Of a stretch of 64,000 bases of DNA, positions 38,841 to 52,309 are shown one piece after another. The notes beneath the pieces are model-generated. The model made no database searches and had not been told where the DNA came from. It worked only from the letters and a program-made list of their open reading frames with translations. Where the stretch lies: contig NC_043002.1 of the NCBI RefSeq assembly GCF_006345805.1, forward strand, positions 37,510,001-37,574,000, read 5' to 3'. This DNA comes from Octopus sinensis (taxonomy: Eukaryota). A program made the position numbers and the translations under genes. The stretch's first letter is position 1. The number at the start of each line of letters is the position of its first letter.

Positions 38841-39221
38841 GATGGTCAGACAATTTCTGCACCCACATCACCCCTAACATCTGGCAACCTAACTCCTCAG
38901 ACTATTTAACCCCCTTGATTATTATGTGTGGGGCACAGTTGAGTGAGAGACCAACAAAACTCCTTGTAATACCAACGGTGAACTGAAGGCAAGGATTATG
39001 GCCCCAACTTAAACAAGGCAAACGTCCAGAAGAGTTGCAGGAGATTCCAAAGTTGTCTGCAGGCTTTGGTTGAAGCCAATAATGAGTTTATTGAATAAAT
39101 TTACTCTTTAGTATTTCAAAATATTTTTATGTAATTTTGGCAAATATATTTGTTAAAAGGAGATGTCAGTGTTATTTTCATTTTTGTGTAATTTAGACAA
39201 CAATATATTCACTGCACCTTG
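38841..39221 (+). mobile_element. 3' part of a maT/DD37D-like Tc1/mariner transposon with right TIR
   Basis: NIWQPNSSD/NPLDYYVWG (cf. WPPSSPDLNPLDY..W), ..LQALVEANNEFIE*; end caatatattcactgcaccttg is the inverse of the TIR at 63341. Confidence 0.85.
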
Positions 39222-39469
39222 AGAAGAAGACCCATCAAACTGAGCAAAATTGCAGTTGTGGCAGATACCATTTTACATGCTGGTGACATGTAAAATCACC
39301 CATTACACTCTCGGAGTGGTTGGCATTACCAAGGGCATTCAGCCACAGAAAACCATGCCAAATCAGATGGGAGTCTGGTGCAGCCTTCCAGCATGCCAGC
39401 CCAGTCAAACTATCCAATCCATGCCAGCATGGACAACGGACGTTAAATGATGATGATGATATATATATA

Positions 39470-39886
39470 ACTTAGATAACTTAGGTTGGTTTTAGCCATT
39501 ATCAGCCCAGGTCATTACTAATTCAATAGCACCACCTGGAAAAGTCTATTAGTTAATTATTTTGGGACACTATGGACCACTCAAGCAGAGAATTGTTGTT
39601 GGTTGAGATGCATCCAGGTATAGGTGGTTTATCCAGTATTTCCTGGAGGAATTTGTCCAGGTACTGTTTGAAAGTTGTGGGGTCTTTTCCTACTTTAATT
39701 TCTTTTGGGATAACATTGAAAAGTGCAGGACCATTTGTAGTGAAGAAATTGTGTTACAATGTTCTTATGACCTTTGTAAGGGACGCATTGCACAGGGGTC
39801 TAGTCTTGGGTGAATTAAACATAATGCCAATATCATTTGGATAATATTGGTGAAATATTTTCCACATGGCGCAAATAATGTATCGC
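39470..39886 (-). pseudogene. CR1-group LINE 3' end
   Basis: RYIICAMWKI..PN, FTTNGPALFNVIPKEIK, FKQYLDKFLQEILDKP, NNSLLEW, then a short 3' UTR. Confidence 0.85.
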
Positions 39887-40078
39887 ATAATGTATTTATT
39901 CAACAAATATTAGAGAAACTTGAGTTTAGGATTAACTAATTTATTTTTTGTTCATTCTAGTGTCGTAACAGTGTGCCTCATGAATTCCTTTTTCATGGTT
40001 TGGATTTTAACTACCCTTTCTAGCATGTAAGGAGTCCTGTCAATGGTCTCCTCTCGATGTATAAAAATATTTTATACA

Positions 40079-40125
<47 letters not shown>

Positions 40126-40580
40126 AGTCCTGCTTCTTTGAGTTTCCATCTACCAAATCCACTCACAAAGCTTTGTTCAGCCTGTGGCTATAGTAGAAGA
40201 CACTTTGCCCCAGATGCCACACAATGGGACTGAACCTGGAATCATGTAGTTGGGAAGCTTCTTACTACACAGCTACACCTGTACAAGAATTTTTAAATTG
40301 AAATGTTTTTAATAATTAAATTTAATGAAAAAAAACGAAATGAGTGAGAGTTATTTACTTTGAAGTAATAAGCTGGGAACGGTGGCAAATCTGGAATTAT
40401 GAGTAAAAACGCTAATAGTTGCTCTTGGTAGAATGGTAAGTTGTATTTCAGTTTACAGATTAACTGCAAGGAATAACTATCTGTATGTTGATATGCTTCG
40501 TTTAGTTGGTTCTTGATTCATTTGTTAATAATTAGATCTGAATATATGAAGAAGTGAGGTGAAGCTAAAGAGAGAGAGAT

Positions 40581-40618
<38 letters not shown>

Positions 40619-41069
40619 GAGAACAAGAAAGAAGGAAGAAAAGAAATTGAGAAAAGGAGAAGATATAGTGCTATTTGATGTTTGTATAATTTGTTACATT
40701 CTAGCTAGTCTAGTGTTAAATTAGTTCATCCTTTTCCTGTTAGTAATGTAAATGTGATTAGGAAGAGATGATCTGGTTATAATGTGAAAGGTAAACACAT
40801 GATCATTTGCAAATGCACCACACACACACACACACACACCACACACACACACATACATACACACAAATATATATGTACATGTATTGATATAAATGTATAC
40901 GTATTTATATAAAGATATATTCTCAAGATCAAATCAAGATATTTTCTAACCCTGATTTAATATGTATGTATGTTTGTCTGCCTGTCTGTATGACTGTATG
41001 TATGTATTTATGTATGCATGTATATATATATATATATATATATATGCATGTATGTATGTATGTATGCCC

Positions 41070-41400
41070 AATTACTTGCAAGGTAATCTCCACATATCTT
41101 TTTTAAGCTAGTGCCACACTGACTCTCACCTAAATGCTTTGTACCATGGAAACACATTCTTACCCATCTTCTCCAGACAGAAGTATGGAATCAACTCCAG
41201 GAGAGACCCAGTGACTGGTATTTAAATACTGCACTCTGCCTACATTACACAGAGATGTGTCACCACAATACAATCTAAAGGATATTGACACTTAAAACAA
41301 ATCCACCAGCCTACTGCAACTCCACCATCATTTCAAGGAATTTATATACTCTAAACAAATTCTTCAATCTATTGTAAGCTTCTCCTTTCTACCACTACAT
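41070..41400 (+). pseudogene. Possible decayed LINE 3' fragment
   Basis: Weak F..R...WNQL-like motif only. Confidence 0.25.
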
Positions 41401-41679
41401 TGTGCTCTCCTCCAGTAGCTTTATGTAGAAATGTGGTTTCTCAGTCATAGTGATGTCTTGACAAGGAGAGCATAATGGAATCTGTATTGGAAAGAAGTAG
41501 GTTTCACAAGCTGCTGTAAAAGCAACTTGTTTTCAGAGAGTAGAAATTCTGAATTGAATAAAATTCTTTATGGATGAATGACACAGATTTTCTAAGCTAC
41601 ATTAAAGGTAACCTTTCCAGGAGACTAGTAATGTTAAAAAATAAAAGTATTGCAACTTTAAGAAGACACTTTAGCCCCA

Positions 41680-43630
41680 ACATATAACCTTGCTGGTGTT
41701 TATGACATGATTAAATGCCAGTCCATGTTTTAAAGTCTGTTGACAATAGGAAGAGCATCAAACCAAAAAACAAACCTCAATCACAACAGTTACAAATACA
41801 ATGAAAAAAATACTTTTTGTATCCACAGGACTAACACCATCATAATACTGTACACAGTAGTAAGGGAATCAAGTGAAAACATTTGGTCATATTTGAGAAC
41901 TCATTAATTGTCATCAAACAACACACCAACCCTCTTCCTTTCAGATTCAGGAAATAGACATCAAACGACCCACCTACCACCTGGAACTCTTCTCTCCCTG
42001 TCAGGTGTAAAACTTTTAGCTGTAGTGAGATTGTAGTTGTGGTAAAGTGGAGATAGGTAAAAGCATATTGTGTACAATAAATAGCATTGAGAATGGCCGC
42101 TGCAAAATCAGCACAGGCAATGAAGATAAGTACAAATTCTTTTAGATGTGCAACAGCTATAGAGTGAGTAGAGTTGGCATATTGCTGGAAATAAAATTAA
42201 TAAATAAAGTAACTGAGGTTGTCAGAATGTGTGACTGAGTAATTAAATTTAAAAAAGTAATTTACAACACAGAGTCTATCTCCACATGCTTTGCAGTCTG
42301 AACTGACAAACAAGCAGAAAGGCCATTGCTATTAGATTCTCTGGCAGATTAATTCAGTAATGTATGACAGTGGCCTCATTATCATGACTGATAACTTAAA
42401 TGGACATGATTGCTACACTGATATACCTGGAGGCTATGTACTTGGTATCAAAGCTCTTTGAGTTTTGTGATGCACTTAAACCAGTTATTTGCAATGTTAA
42501 CATCAGGAAACAGGCCAGTAATGTGACCATCTACAAATCAAATGAACATACCAGTTAGACTTCATATTCACTGAGAAAGAGAAAAGCAACTGATTGTGAG
42601 TAAGATACCCCTGGAGAACGTATACCACTCAGTATAAGCTTGTGATCAGTGAACTCAAGGTAAGAGCTAGATGACCTCAGAGACACAAAACAATCTAGAG
42701 AAAATGTGGAAGCTGCAAGATTCTTTGGCCAGATGTATGTTCAAAGGAGTACTAATTGACATCTATGAGAAGAAGAAGATAAAAATAAGTGGGAGTTTCT
42801 GTGAAACTTGTTGCAAGGTACAGACTAGATCTGCAGTTGTAGCAAGGTTAGAGTCAAATAAGAGGCGTTTCAAATTGTAAACCACCATATCACTATGAAT
42901 CACTTCATTGGGGAAAGTAGAGAAGAGTAATAATGGTCCACTTGCTCTATTGGATATGATCAAAAGCATAGTAATGTTACAAGGAGATTGCTAAGCTGCT
43001 AAATGAAGAAAATGGAACAAGGTATGAGAGAGTGTGAGAGGGTGAGAGAGAGGGAAAAGATAATGAAGAAGAGGAAGAGAGAGACTTCCTCAAGGAAACC
43101 CAATTTAGGGACCATCTACTGATGTTGAGAGTTACAATGTTGAAAGCATAATTAAGGGGATGAAGGTAAGGAAAAGTAGTAGGTCATTAGTGAGCATTGC
43201 TAAGATAGTGAAAATATCTGATGAAGTAGGATATGCCCTTGTTATTTGCACTGGTGATCAGATCATACCTAATGAGAAAATTAGATAAAGGTGGAATCAG
43301 ATGTTGTGAACTTAAGAGAGGACTGAGGTAGTATTGCAATGCAATGCAATGCAATACAGAAGATGATAGATGAGTAAGCAAATGCTAAGCACACCATATG
43401 AAAGGAATTTGCAGAAGTGTTAAGACTGGAGAAAAAAATAGGGAAGACAAGACATGTTGAAAGCTATTTTCAGGAGGGCTTCTGAATCTCACAAAGGATA
43501 TAATATAGCAACAAAACAAATAATGAGATGCTGTGCATGAGAAAATTCCTCTAACCAATGCAAACATGGTAAAAAAAACATGGCAAAAAACATGGCAAAT
43601 TGGATATAAAAATAGTGATGGAGATGATGT
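41680..43630 (+). pseudogene. Decayed, internally deleted RTE-clade LINE (5'UTR, APE endonuclease, start of RT, 3' end)
   Basis: KYKFF, RVGILL, VTEVVRMCD, DNLNGH, EFCDAL..VICN.N.RK, LDFI, TQYKLVISE (APE); IKGMK.RK (pre-RT); 3' end ctaaccaatgcaaacatgg...gatgatg. Confidence 0.75.
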
Positions 43631-43996
43631 TAAGTATGCATTATATATGTGGGTGTATGTTTGATTGTGTATAATTTAAAAATATGATGGTATCTTTATA
43701 CTGAGTTTTTTCAAAGATGATTAAATGACATATATATATATACATATATAGATTTCTCTTTCTCTCTCTCTCTATATATATATACACACACATATATATG
43801 TATGTATATACACATACAGATATATATATATATATATATATATACTTACATATACACATATATACATACATACATTCAAACATACATTAATATATGTATG
43901 TATATATGTGTATATGCACACACATATAGATATATATATATACACATATATATATACACACATACATACATTCAAACATGCATTAATATATGTGTG

Positions 43997-44027
<31 letters not shown>

Positions 44028-44078
44028 GTATGTATATATATGTATATGCGTATATATATATATATATATATATTTATA

Positions 44079-44157
<79 letters not shown>

Positions 44158-44857
44158 GATGATGATGATATATATGAACAAGAAGCATACATTTTTATAT
44201 ATGCTTGTACAACTTTGTGTGTAAATGATGGCCAAAAGTAATATTTACTTTGTTTACTTACTACTATAAATATGTATAAGGATAACTATTCACATTTATA
44301 GCAATATTCACTTAAATGGACCATCTCTATATTTATATATCTGTATACAAACACTTAGAATTATTACCATCATAATTTATTGTCTGATAGATATATTGTC
44401 TGTGTATGAATGAGCGCGAGTTTATGCACACACATATCCTCTGTATATCTTATCTTTGCAACCAAAAATAAATACACAAAGCTGGTGATGCGAATTGTTC
44501 CTATAGTTTATTGCTCCTTAGAGAGCATCAGACAAAAGAGGGAATCAAGAATCAAGTGAAATAAATGATAAGCTATCTCGTTTAAAATCTCATGTGACCA
44601 TAAAAATATGAGCCACTGATGAGGCTTCTGCTCGGATGGTCAACCTACATTGAATAACTGTTGAAATATATTCTTGCCAAATTACAACTCACCATTTTAG
44701 AAAATTACAGGATGCATTAATTCAAATAAGACCTGTAGGTTTTATTTAAAATACAGCTTTGATTGGAATATTTCTTTAGTCGAGGCTAATGAGAAGCTAA
44801 GCAACCACAATAGCAAGAAAATTTGATGACAAATTTAATGTGAATTATAATATATTT

Positions 44858-45560
44858 TATCTTTTACTTGTTTCAGTCACTGAATTGCAGCCATGCTGGG
44901 ACATCACTTTGTAGGGCTTAGTCAGAAAACAAATCAAATCCAACACTTATTGCTGTTAAGTTTGGCACTTACTCTATTGGTCTCTTTTGCTAAACTACTA
45001 AGTCATGGGAGTATAAACAAACCAACACCGGTTGTCAGCTGGTGGAGGACAAACACAAAGGCACACACAAAGATATATATATATATATATATATATGATG
45101 GGCTTCCACACAGTTTCCAATCTACCAAATTCACTCAAAAGACATTTGCCAGCCTGAGGCTATGGTAGAAGGCACTTGCCAAGTCGAATGTATTAACCCC
45201 AGTACTTAATTTTTATAAGCCTGGAACTTATTCTATCAGTCTATTTTGCCAAACTGCTAAGTTACAGGAATGTACACACACCAGCATCAGCTGTCAAGCG
45301 ATGACAGGAGGGCAAACACAGACACAAAGACATACACAGATGTGTGTGTGTGTGCGGGCGTGCGTGCGTGCGTGTGTGCGTGCGTGTGTGTAGACATGAC
45401 AGCTTCTTTCAGTTTCTGTCTACCAAATCCACTCACAAGGCTTTGGTTGGCTCGAGGTTAAAGTAGAAGACACTTGCCCAAGGTGCCATGTAGTGGGCTT
45501 GAACCCAGAACCATGTGGTTGGAAAGCAAGCTTCTTATCACAGAGCTATGCCTGCACCTA
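44858..45560 (-). mobile_element. Two tandem/nested older copies of the dominant SINE; other partial copies ~3258-3510, 7770-8090, 8846-9180, 14365-14580, 22275-22500, 37600-37950, 40125-40280, 51860-52460
   Basis: Diagnostic segments ttttacttgtttcagtca, ctaccaaatccactcacaagg, gaagacacttgccc. Confidence 0.8.
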
Positions 45561-46439
45561 TTAATTTCTAATATAGATACAAGGCTCCTCTAATATAGAT
45601 AATGCAGTCAGTTAAATCAACCCCAGTACTAAATTGAGGCTTATTTTATTTACTGTTGAATGGTATGAATTGCAAATTGGTTTTAGTGAGATTTAAATTT
45701 AAGGACTCATTATTACGTACCACAAGATCTTATCCAACATTCTATTAATTTTGCCAACACACCCACCTATTAATGTAGATCTCATGATTTACAGAAACAT
45801 GTAGGTATATTATGAAGTAGGAGTGCTAAGCAGTGATATAAGTCTGGAAAGGGGCACTGTGGAGTATTTACACTGGTCTAGGAGTATTTACACCATTGTC
45901 AACACCAAGAAGTTTCCTCTTTGATAAATAGCAGAGAATGGCTTGTTTATTAGTCCAAACATACCACAGGCACATTTGAACTGGTAATAACATGTAGGTA
46001 ATTGCATGTAGGTATATGACTAAATACAGTGAAGTAATTTAATTTCTGCTTCTTCAAGTTCTAATTTCAAGTCCAGATGGTGTTGACTTTACCTTTCATC
46101 TTTACCAGATCAGTGAAATAATGTATAATTCAAGCACTATGTTTGATGTAATTGACTGTCTCTCTCCTCCTCAAATATCTGGTCACAGCTGGAACACCTT
46201 TGGTCAAGTGTCAGCTCTATCAGAACTGATCTAAAACTAAATCCCAACAAAAACAGCCACTACACGATCACTTGACTGGCTAAAATTAGCAGTCAAATCG
46301 CCTTCAAATCACATTCTACCACCTTAAAGGATATATATATTTGATAACACAGTACCAAATACACTTAAAACAGATGTGATTGTCATAGGCGGAATGCCTT
46401 TGATTATAGGTATGTTGTTCAATAAAGGTTGGTCTAAAA

Positions 46440-46934
46440 CATTGGTTTACTTTTGTGCTAGTTTACAAACAAACAAAAATATTATGATTGGGGTTTGTTT
46501 CTCTTTTATATGTATTTGAAGTCATCAACTTAAATCAAATTTGGATATGAAAAATGTAATATATGTCAGAGATTTGAAAAATATATCTTTTATCATCATC
46601 ATCATCAGCAGTGTCATCATCGTCAATGTCATTATCATTGCCGGTGGGCATTGAAACAGTCCTGGTGGGCGCTGATGCCTAAGGGAGCAGTGGTTGCAGG
46701 GGTGGTAGAGAACAAAGAGGCAGTGAGTTGGGGGATGCTATGAATTTATAATATTATCATAGTATTGTATACAAATTATATAATATTATATTATATATCA
46801 AATGATTTATAGTATATATATATAAATTAGTAAAGTATAAAATATTTATTTATACATAAAAATAGGGGTGGGGGCGCTGAGGGTATTATGTGGCCATGAA
46901 GGGGGCTGTGGCCTAAGAAGTTTGAGAACCTCTG
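46440..46934. mobile_element. hAT-type MITE with disrupted left end
   Basis: Right TIR tttgagaacctctg; flanks gtctaaaa (46432-46439) / gtctaaac (46935-46942); left end begins cattggtt. Confidence 0.6.
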
Positions 46935-47352
46935 GTCTAAACTAAGCCACCACCATAACATTAGTAATATCAGTGACAATAGATGATAAATTAATGTCAG
47001 TTTGAAATACTGTTATTACAAGTTAACACCATCAAGGAAGGGCATCTAGCTATAAAAAAAATTCACCTAAAAATTCTAATTCATACCAGCTTAGAATAAC
47101 AGACGTCAATGTGATGATGATGGTGGTGATGATGATGAGGATGCTGATGCTGCTGCTGATGATGATGATGATGCTGATAACGATGATGCTGATGATGATG
47201 ATAAAAGATATATTTTTCAAATCTCTGACATGTATTACATTTTTCATATTCAAATTTGATTTAAGTTGATGACTTCAAATATATAGAAAAGAGAAACAAA
47301 CCCCAATTATAATTTTTTTTTTTGTTTGTAAACTAGAACAAAAGTAAGCCAA
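46442..47352. repeat. Long inverted repeat, arms 46442-46610 and 47187-47352
   Basis: The ~168-bp arms are reverse complements with about ten differences by eye. Confidence 0.95.
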
Positions 47353-47919
47353 AAACAAAGAAATCATAGACTTATACAAAACTGAAGGAATATTAAATGA
47401 AGATTTATGATTTTAAAGATTTTCTAGTGAATAAACATTTTTATTTTTATGACAGTGATTTACTGCTTGTATTTATGACATAATAAATTGCTGCTTGAAT
47501 TTCATTGTTTTATGAGTGGGGCAGGAACAAATTACTGCCCCAAAATTTGGTGGATATATTTATTGATATAGTTATGTTTGGTTAAAGTTAGGAATGGCTA
47601 TTTATTTAAAAATTTAGCTTGGTTCTGGGTTAGATTTCTGATGTACTTTGAGTTGATCAAAACCTGTCAGAACATCTGTTTAGGAAGATGGTGAAGATGA
47701 ACTGCCTGCATTCAGAAAGACAAAGGCAAAGAAGTTATAATCTGAATGCAAAACAAGCGTCTGTCTGCTTTAGAGCAGTTTCCAATAGACTGAATGCATG
47801 TTGGCCTCCTGCAGTTGTCTCGAGGTAGCTTTGTCCCTGGATCCATCTTTTTCATAGCAAAGACAGTGATACTGGGAAATGTACCTCCCAGCATCACTAC
47901 TAACCTGCACTGGGCTACC

Positions 47920-49500
47920 AACTTCACCTGCAATACAAATCACGGATATTAAATCTCAAGGTATTGTGATTGCTGTTGAGGCTGCTGTTGCTGTTGAGTG
48001 CAGCAGTCTTTGTCCAGTGGGAGAAGTCCGAAACATGGTCCTTTGCTATTTGTAAGACCTGCAGAAGAGAAAGCAGGTCAACCCCCGACACCGAGAGCAT
48101 CGACGGATGGATGAATGCGCATCCAGGTTCAGCGGTTGCGTAGGAAGTCAGAGACAAGAAACAGGAAGAAAGAGTGAGAGAAAGTTGAGTTGGGTGTTTT
48201 CGCTCAATAAACACACACAACGCCCGGTCTGGGAATCGAAACTATGATCCTCCGACCGCGAGTCCGCTGCCCTAACCATTGGGCCATTGTGCCTTCACTG
48301 CTGTTGAGGCTGTTACAAAAATATTATGATGAACTACCACCACTTCTGCAGGTTCATTACTTACAAATGTATATAGTAGGTGTAGCATAGTCAGTAGCAG
48401 CTATAATTTTCTGATAGTCTGCATGTGATGGAGTCAAGCATCTTCGGATATCTAGCCATGCAAGCAGTAAACTTTGGTGATTCTGCCTCACCTCCTTATG
48501 GCAGCATTATTGATAGGAGCTGTTCAGTACAACTTCCTTTCATCTTGCTTGTGAATCATTCAATCTCATCATCTGTTTTGCCAAGATAATGGAGCAATAC
48601 ATTCTAGCAACCTGTGTATAGTTTATACATAACGTTTTAGTCTATTATAAGAAGGTAGATTTTTGCCTCATGAGTCTCTCCCTCTATGTACAGATATGCA
48701 TGCAAACATCAACCAGCCTGGCTCACTGGGTTCAATGTCCTTGATCTTTTCCTTTGTGTTGATGAGAGATTCCTTGTAGAATGTGAACTTCCTATATCAA
48801 TAAGCAACTATTAGTTCAACTTGTGATTTTTCATTCAGTAGTTTTCCACAACCGTCAGAAGAATTTCATTGGGAATGTCATATGTTTTAGAAGAAACTTT
48901 TTCTCAGTAATCATTCCACTGCTCATTTAACCATACTGCATCATGGTTGTGCTGTTTATTTACATTCCTGAGCTCCCCACCCACAGAATATTTCAAGACT
49001 ATCCCAAAGTGGAGCCTTTAAACCTTGATGGCATGGTCTTTGTTGCTGTGGTATAGAGCTTGTGGGTTTAAGTAAACTGACAGTTGATAACTGTACACTC
49101 TTGTAATTTCTTATGAGAAGAAGTCTTTTCTCAAACTTTGCATTTAAGGGCAATTAATTTACCTGTACAGGTCTCTCACAAGCAGTTCCTTGTAGACTTT
49201 GGATAGATTATCATAAAATTGTAGCTTGTGATTTCCGACTCCATTATTCACATGGCATCTAATGATAGGATCTAACTGATCAATGTCTTATTCTTTCTCT
49301 GTCAATATTCTTTTGGAAAGAAGTAATCCATCTTGGCAGTACGTTATCATTTCAATTGATTTCTGTTACTACCATTTGTTGACAAATAGTAATTCCAACT
49401 CAGTACAGCAGGACATTCAATGTCCAATAGCTGGGAGCTCAATTTGTACAAATTGTTCTTTAGAAACTTGATTGATCATGGATAACATGAAGTCAGTAGG
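47920..49500 (-). pseudogene. Decayed R4/Dong-type RT region interrupted by a SINE
   Basis: Minus strand QHNHDAVWLNE, NVMYKLYTGC, CTEQLL, AWLD...DSIT (cf. HN..A.W, MYKL.T, GC.EQLLI, AWIDY.KAFDS). Confidence 0.65.
47985..48298 (-). mobile_element. tRNA-derived SINE (same head as 11930) with a different tail, 14-bp TSD
   Basis: tgctgttgaggctg at 47971-47984 and 48299-48312; (CAACAG)-like tail. Confidence 0.85.
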
Positions 49501-50450
49501 TTTTCTATTGATCACATGTTACAGCTATTCTTTTGTTTAGTGGTTTGTTGACGTTAACAGTGAAGTAGGCTTTAAATCTTTCTGTGAGCTGTGTTTTGAG
49601 TTATTTGCGTCCTTTTACTCATCTCTTTTGGCTTGTAATTTTCTCTCTTCCATATATTCCATTTTGTGTATATAAACATATTCTAAAGATTATTTTGAAA
49701 GCTGAGTCCATGAGAGCAAATGATCCTGCAACGGGATTATCTAATTTAAATTCTCCTTAAAATTTATGAATCTTAAAATTTCTGAGTATTAGTGAGACAC
49801 ATCCACCAATATCTTATAGTAAATATGTTTACAAACACAAAATAGATGTTCTGTGGATATTGTGCATTGCAATTAATTTTAGTTACTTTTTATCACAGTA
49901 TAAAGACATACATACACACATATTTATATAAATACACACACACACACACATCTATATATATAAATATGTATATTTATATGTATGTACTTATATACATGTA
50001 TATGTTCATACATATATGTATATATATATATACACACACACATGCACATACATACTTGTATATGCATATAGATATATACACATGTACAATAACCCTTACC
50101 AAATAATAGGTTAAGATACTGGAAGTAAAACTATTGATCTATCCAATTATTTATTTATGGTTCACAAGTAAAGATGATGTGGCAAAATGTACTGTGAGAG
50201 ATTGTTCCAGACTAGACAGAAATTTGATAGTAAATATTATAAATACCTTCAGACGTAAAAGTAAAGAAATAACTTTTAAAAGAATTATAAAAGCTGTGTT
50301 TACACCAAACTGAGTAGAATATCAATGAACAAACACATTACTGTATAGAGAGATGAGAAGTGAAATAGTGGAATAGATGAACTTTGTTTTTGATTGGTTA
50401 ATTTAGTTATATTCTTTGACTGGTTTCATTCATTGGACAGCAGCCATACT

Positions 50451-50858
50451 TTACTCTTTTACTTGTTTCAATCATGTCACTGTGGCCATGCTGGAGCACC
50501 ACCTTTAGTCAAGCAAATCGACCCCAGGACTTATTCTTTGTAAGCCTAGTACTTATTCTGTTGGTCTCTTTTGCCAAACCGCTAAGTTACGGGGATGTAC
50601 ACACACCAGCATCGGTTGTCAAGCGATGTTGGGGGCGAGTACAAACACAGACACACAATCATATACACACACATACATATATATATACAAATATACGACA
50701 AGCTTCTTTCAGTTCCCGTCTACCAAATCCACTCACAAAGCTTTGGTCGGCCCGAGGCTATAGTAGAAGACACTTGCCCAAGGTGTCATGCAGTGGGACT
50801 GAACCTGGAACCATGTGGTTTGTAAGCAAGCTACTTACCATACATCCACTCCTATGCC
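50451..50858 (-). mobile_element. Dominant SINE, full length, nested in an older copy of the same family
   Basis: Family motifs; gccatact / gccatgct at the junctions. Confidence 0.85.
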
Positions 50859-51222
50859 ATGCTAGGATATTCATCACCTTCAATGGTTTTTGTGAATCAC
50901 ATTGAGCCTCGTGATTATTTTAGTCTTGTGTTGATATAAAAGGGACATGATTAGAATATAGTAACACTGGTTTTAAGGCTGGTGTGGGCAAAAACTGAGT
51001 AACTCGCACAAATACACACACATATGTGATGTTAGGAAGAGTTATCCAACTGCAGAACACATACTAGAGGAAATATTTGAGCTGAATGAAGTTCTCTGAC
51101 ATTTTGGATCCTGTCAAACAATACAACCACCCATGCTAGTATAGAAGACACATGTTAAATACTGGTGTTGCTGATTATATATATGTATATATACATATAT
51201 GAGTGTGTATATATGCATATGT

Positions 51223-51282
<60 letters not shown>

Positions 51283-51286
<4 letters not shown>

Positions 51287-51424
51287 TTATATTCAGTAGG
51301 GTATATAATACCACTTGCAAAAATCAGAGCCAATGCTCAAAAAAACCACTATAACGGTGTGAAATTGCTAGCCACCATATTAAGTTAATAACTTAATACT
51401 ATTAATATTGGCAACAATTCTTCA
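51283..51424 (-). mobile_element. Penelope-like terminal fragment in (TA)n with a truncated long-stem HHR
   Basis: Minus strand tgaaga + ~57-nt hairpin + decayed GAAA/stem III; terminus aaatttatattcag. Confidence 0.45.
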
Positions 51425-52264
51425 TATATATATGTATGTACATCTCTATTTAGCTGGGGGTTTTTTCTTGCCTTTCTTGGCTCGAATGAGAATAATTGAT
51501 TTGCCCTAGTACTTAACTGTAGTAAACTAGTTTAACTACAGAAATATCTGAAGTTCAAATGTAAAATGACATAGCTGAATATAGTAAGGGAATTTGTCTG
51601 ATACCTAGTACTTAGATTATGGACTATTGAAAGATGAAAGACACAATTGATCTAGGTAAGATCTGAAAACCAAATGTAAAATGACATTGTTAAATATGAC
51701 AAAAGATTTTGCCTAACAGCTGAGTGATTCAGCCACCTTTGACACAAGTGTTGGTTTGATCCTTGCAGCCACTGGTTTAAAGCTCATCTATTGGTCACCG
51801 GGGTACTGGAATGTTGGGGACAGAAAGTGTAAATATTATACTTTATCTTTTAGTTTTTTTTTTATTTGCTTCAATTTTTGGTCTGCTGCCATGCTGGAGC
51901 ACTGTCCTGAAGGATTTACTTGAACAAATCAACCCCCAGTACTTATTTTTATCATTTTAAAGTCTAATACTTATTCTATTGGTCTCTTTTTGCCAAATCA
52001 CTAAATAACAGGAATGTAAACAAACAAACGCCGGTTGGCAAGTGGTGGTGGATGGCACAAACATAACGATGAACACACAGGCATCATCACCATCTTCCAC
52101 TTCCTCATCATCCTTTAACATCTGTTTTCCATGCTGGTATGGGTTGGACTACACATACACACACATACACACAAACATGCACACACACACGCACGTATAC
52201 ACATGCACACACACATGCATGCATGCACACACACATGCATGCATGCACACACACATGCATGCAT

Positions 52265-52309
<45 letters not shown>

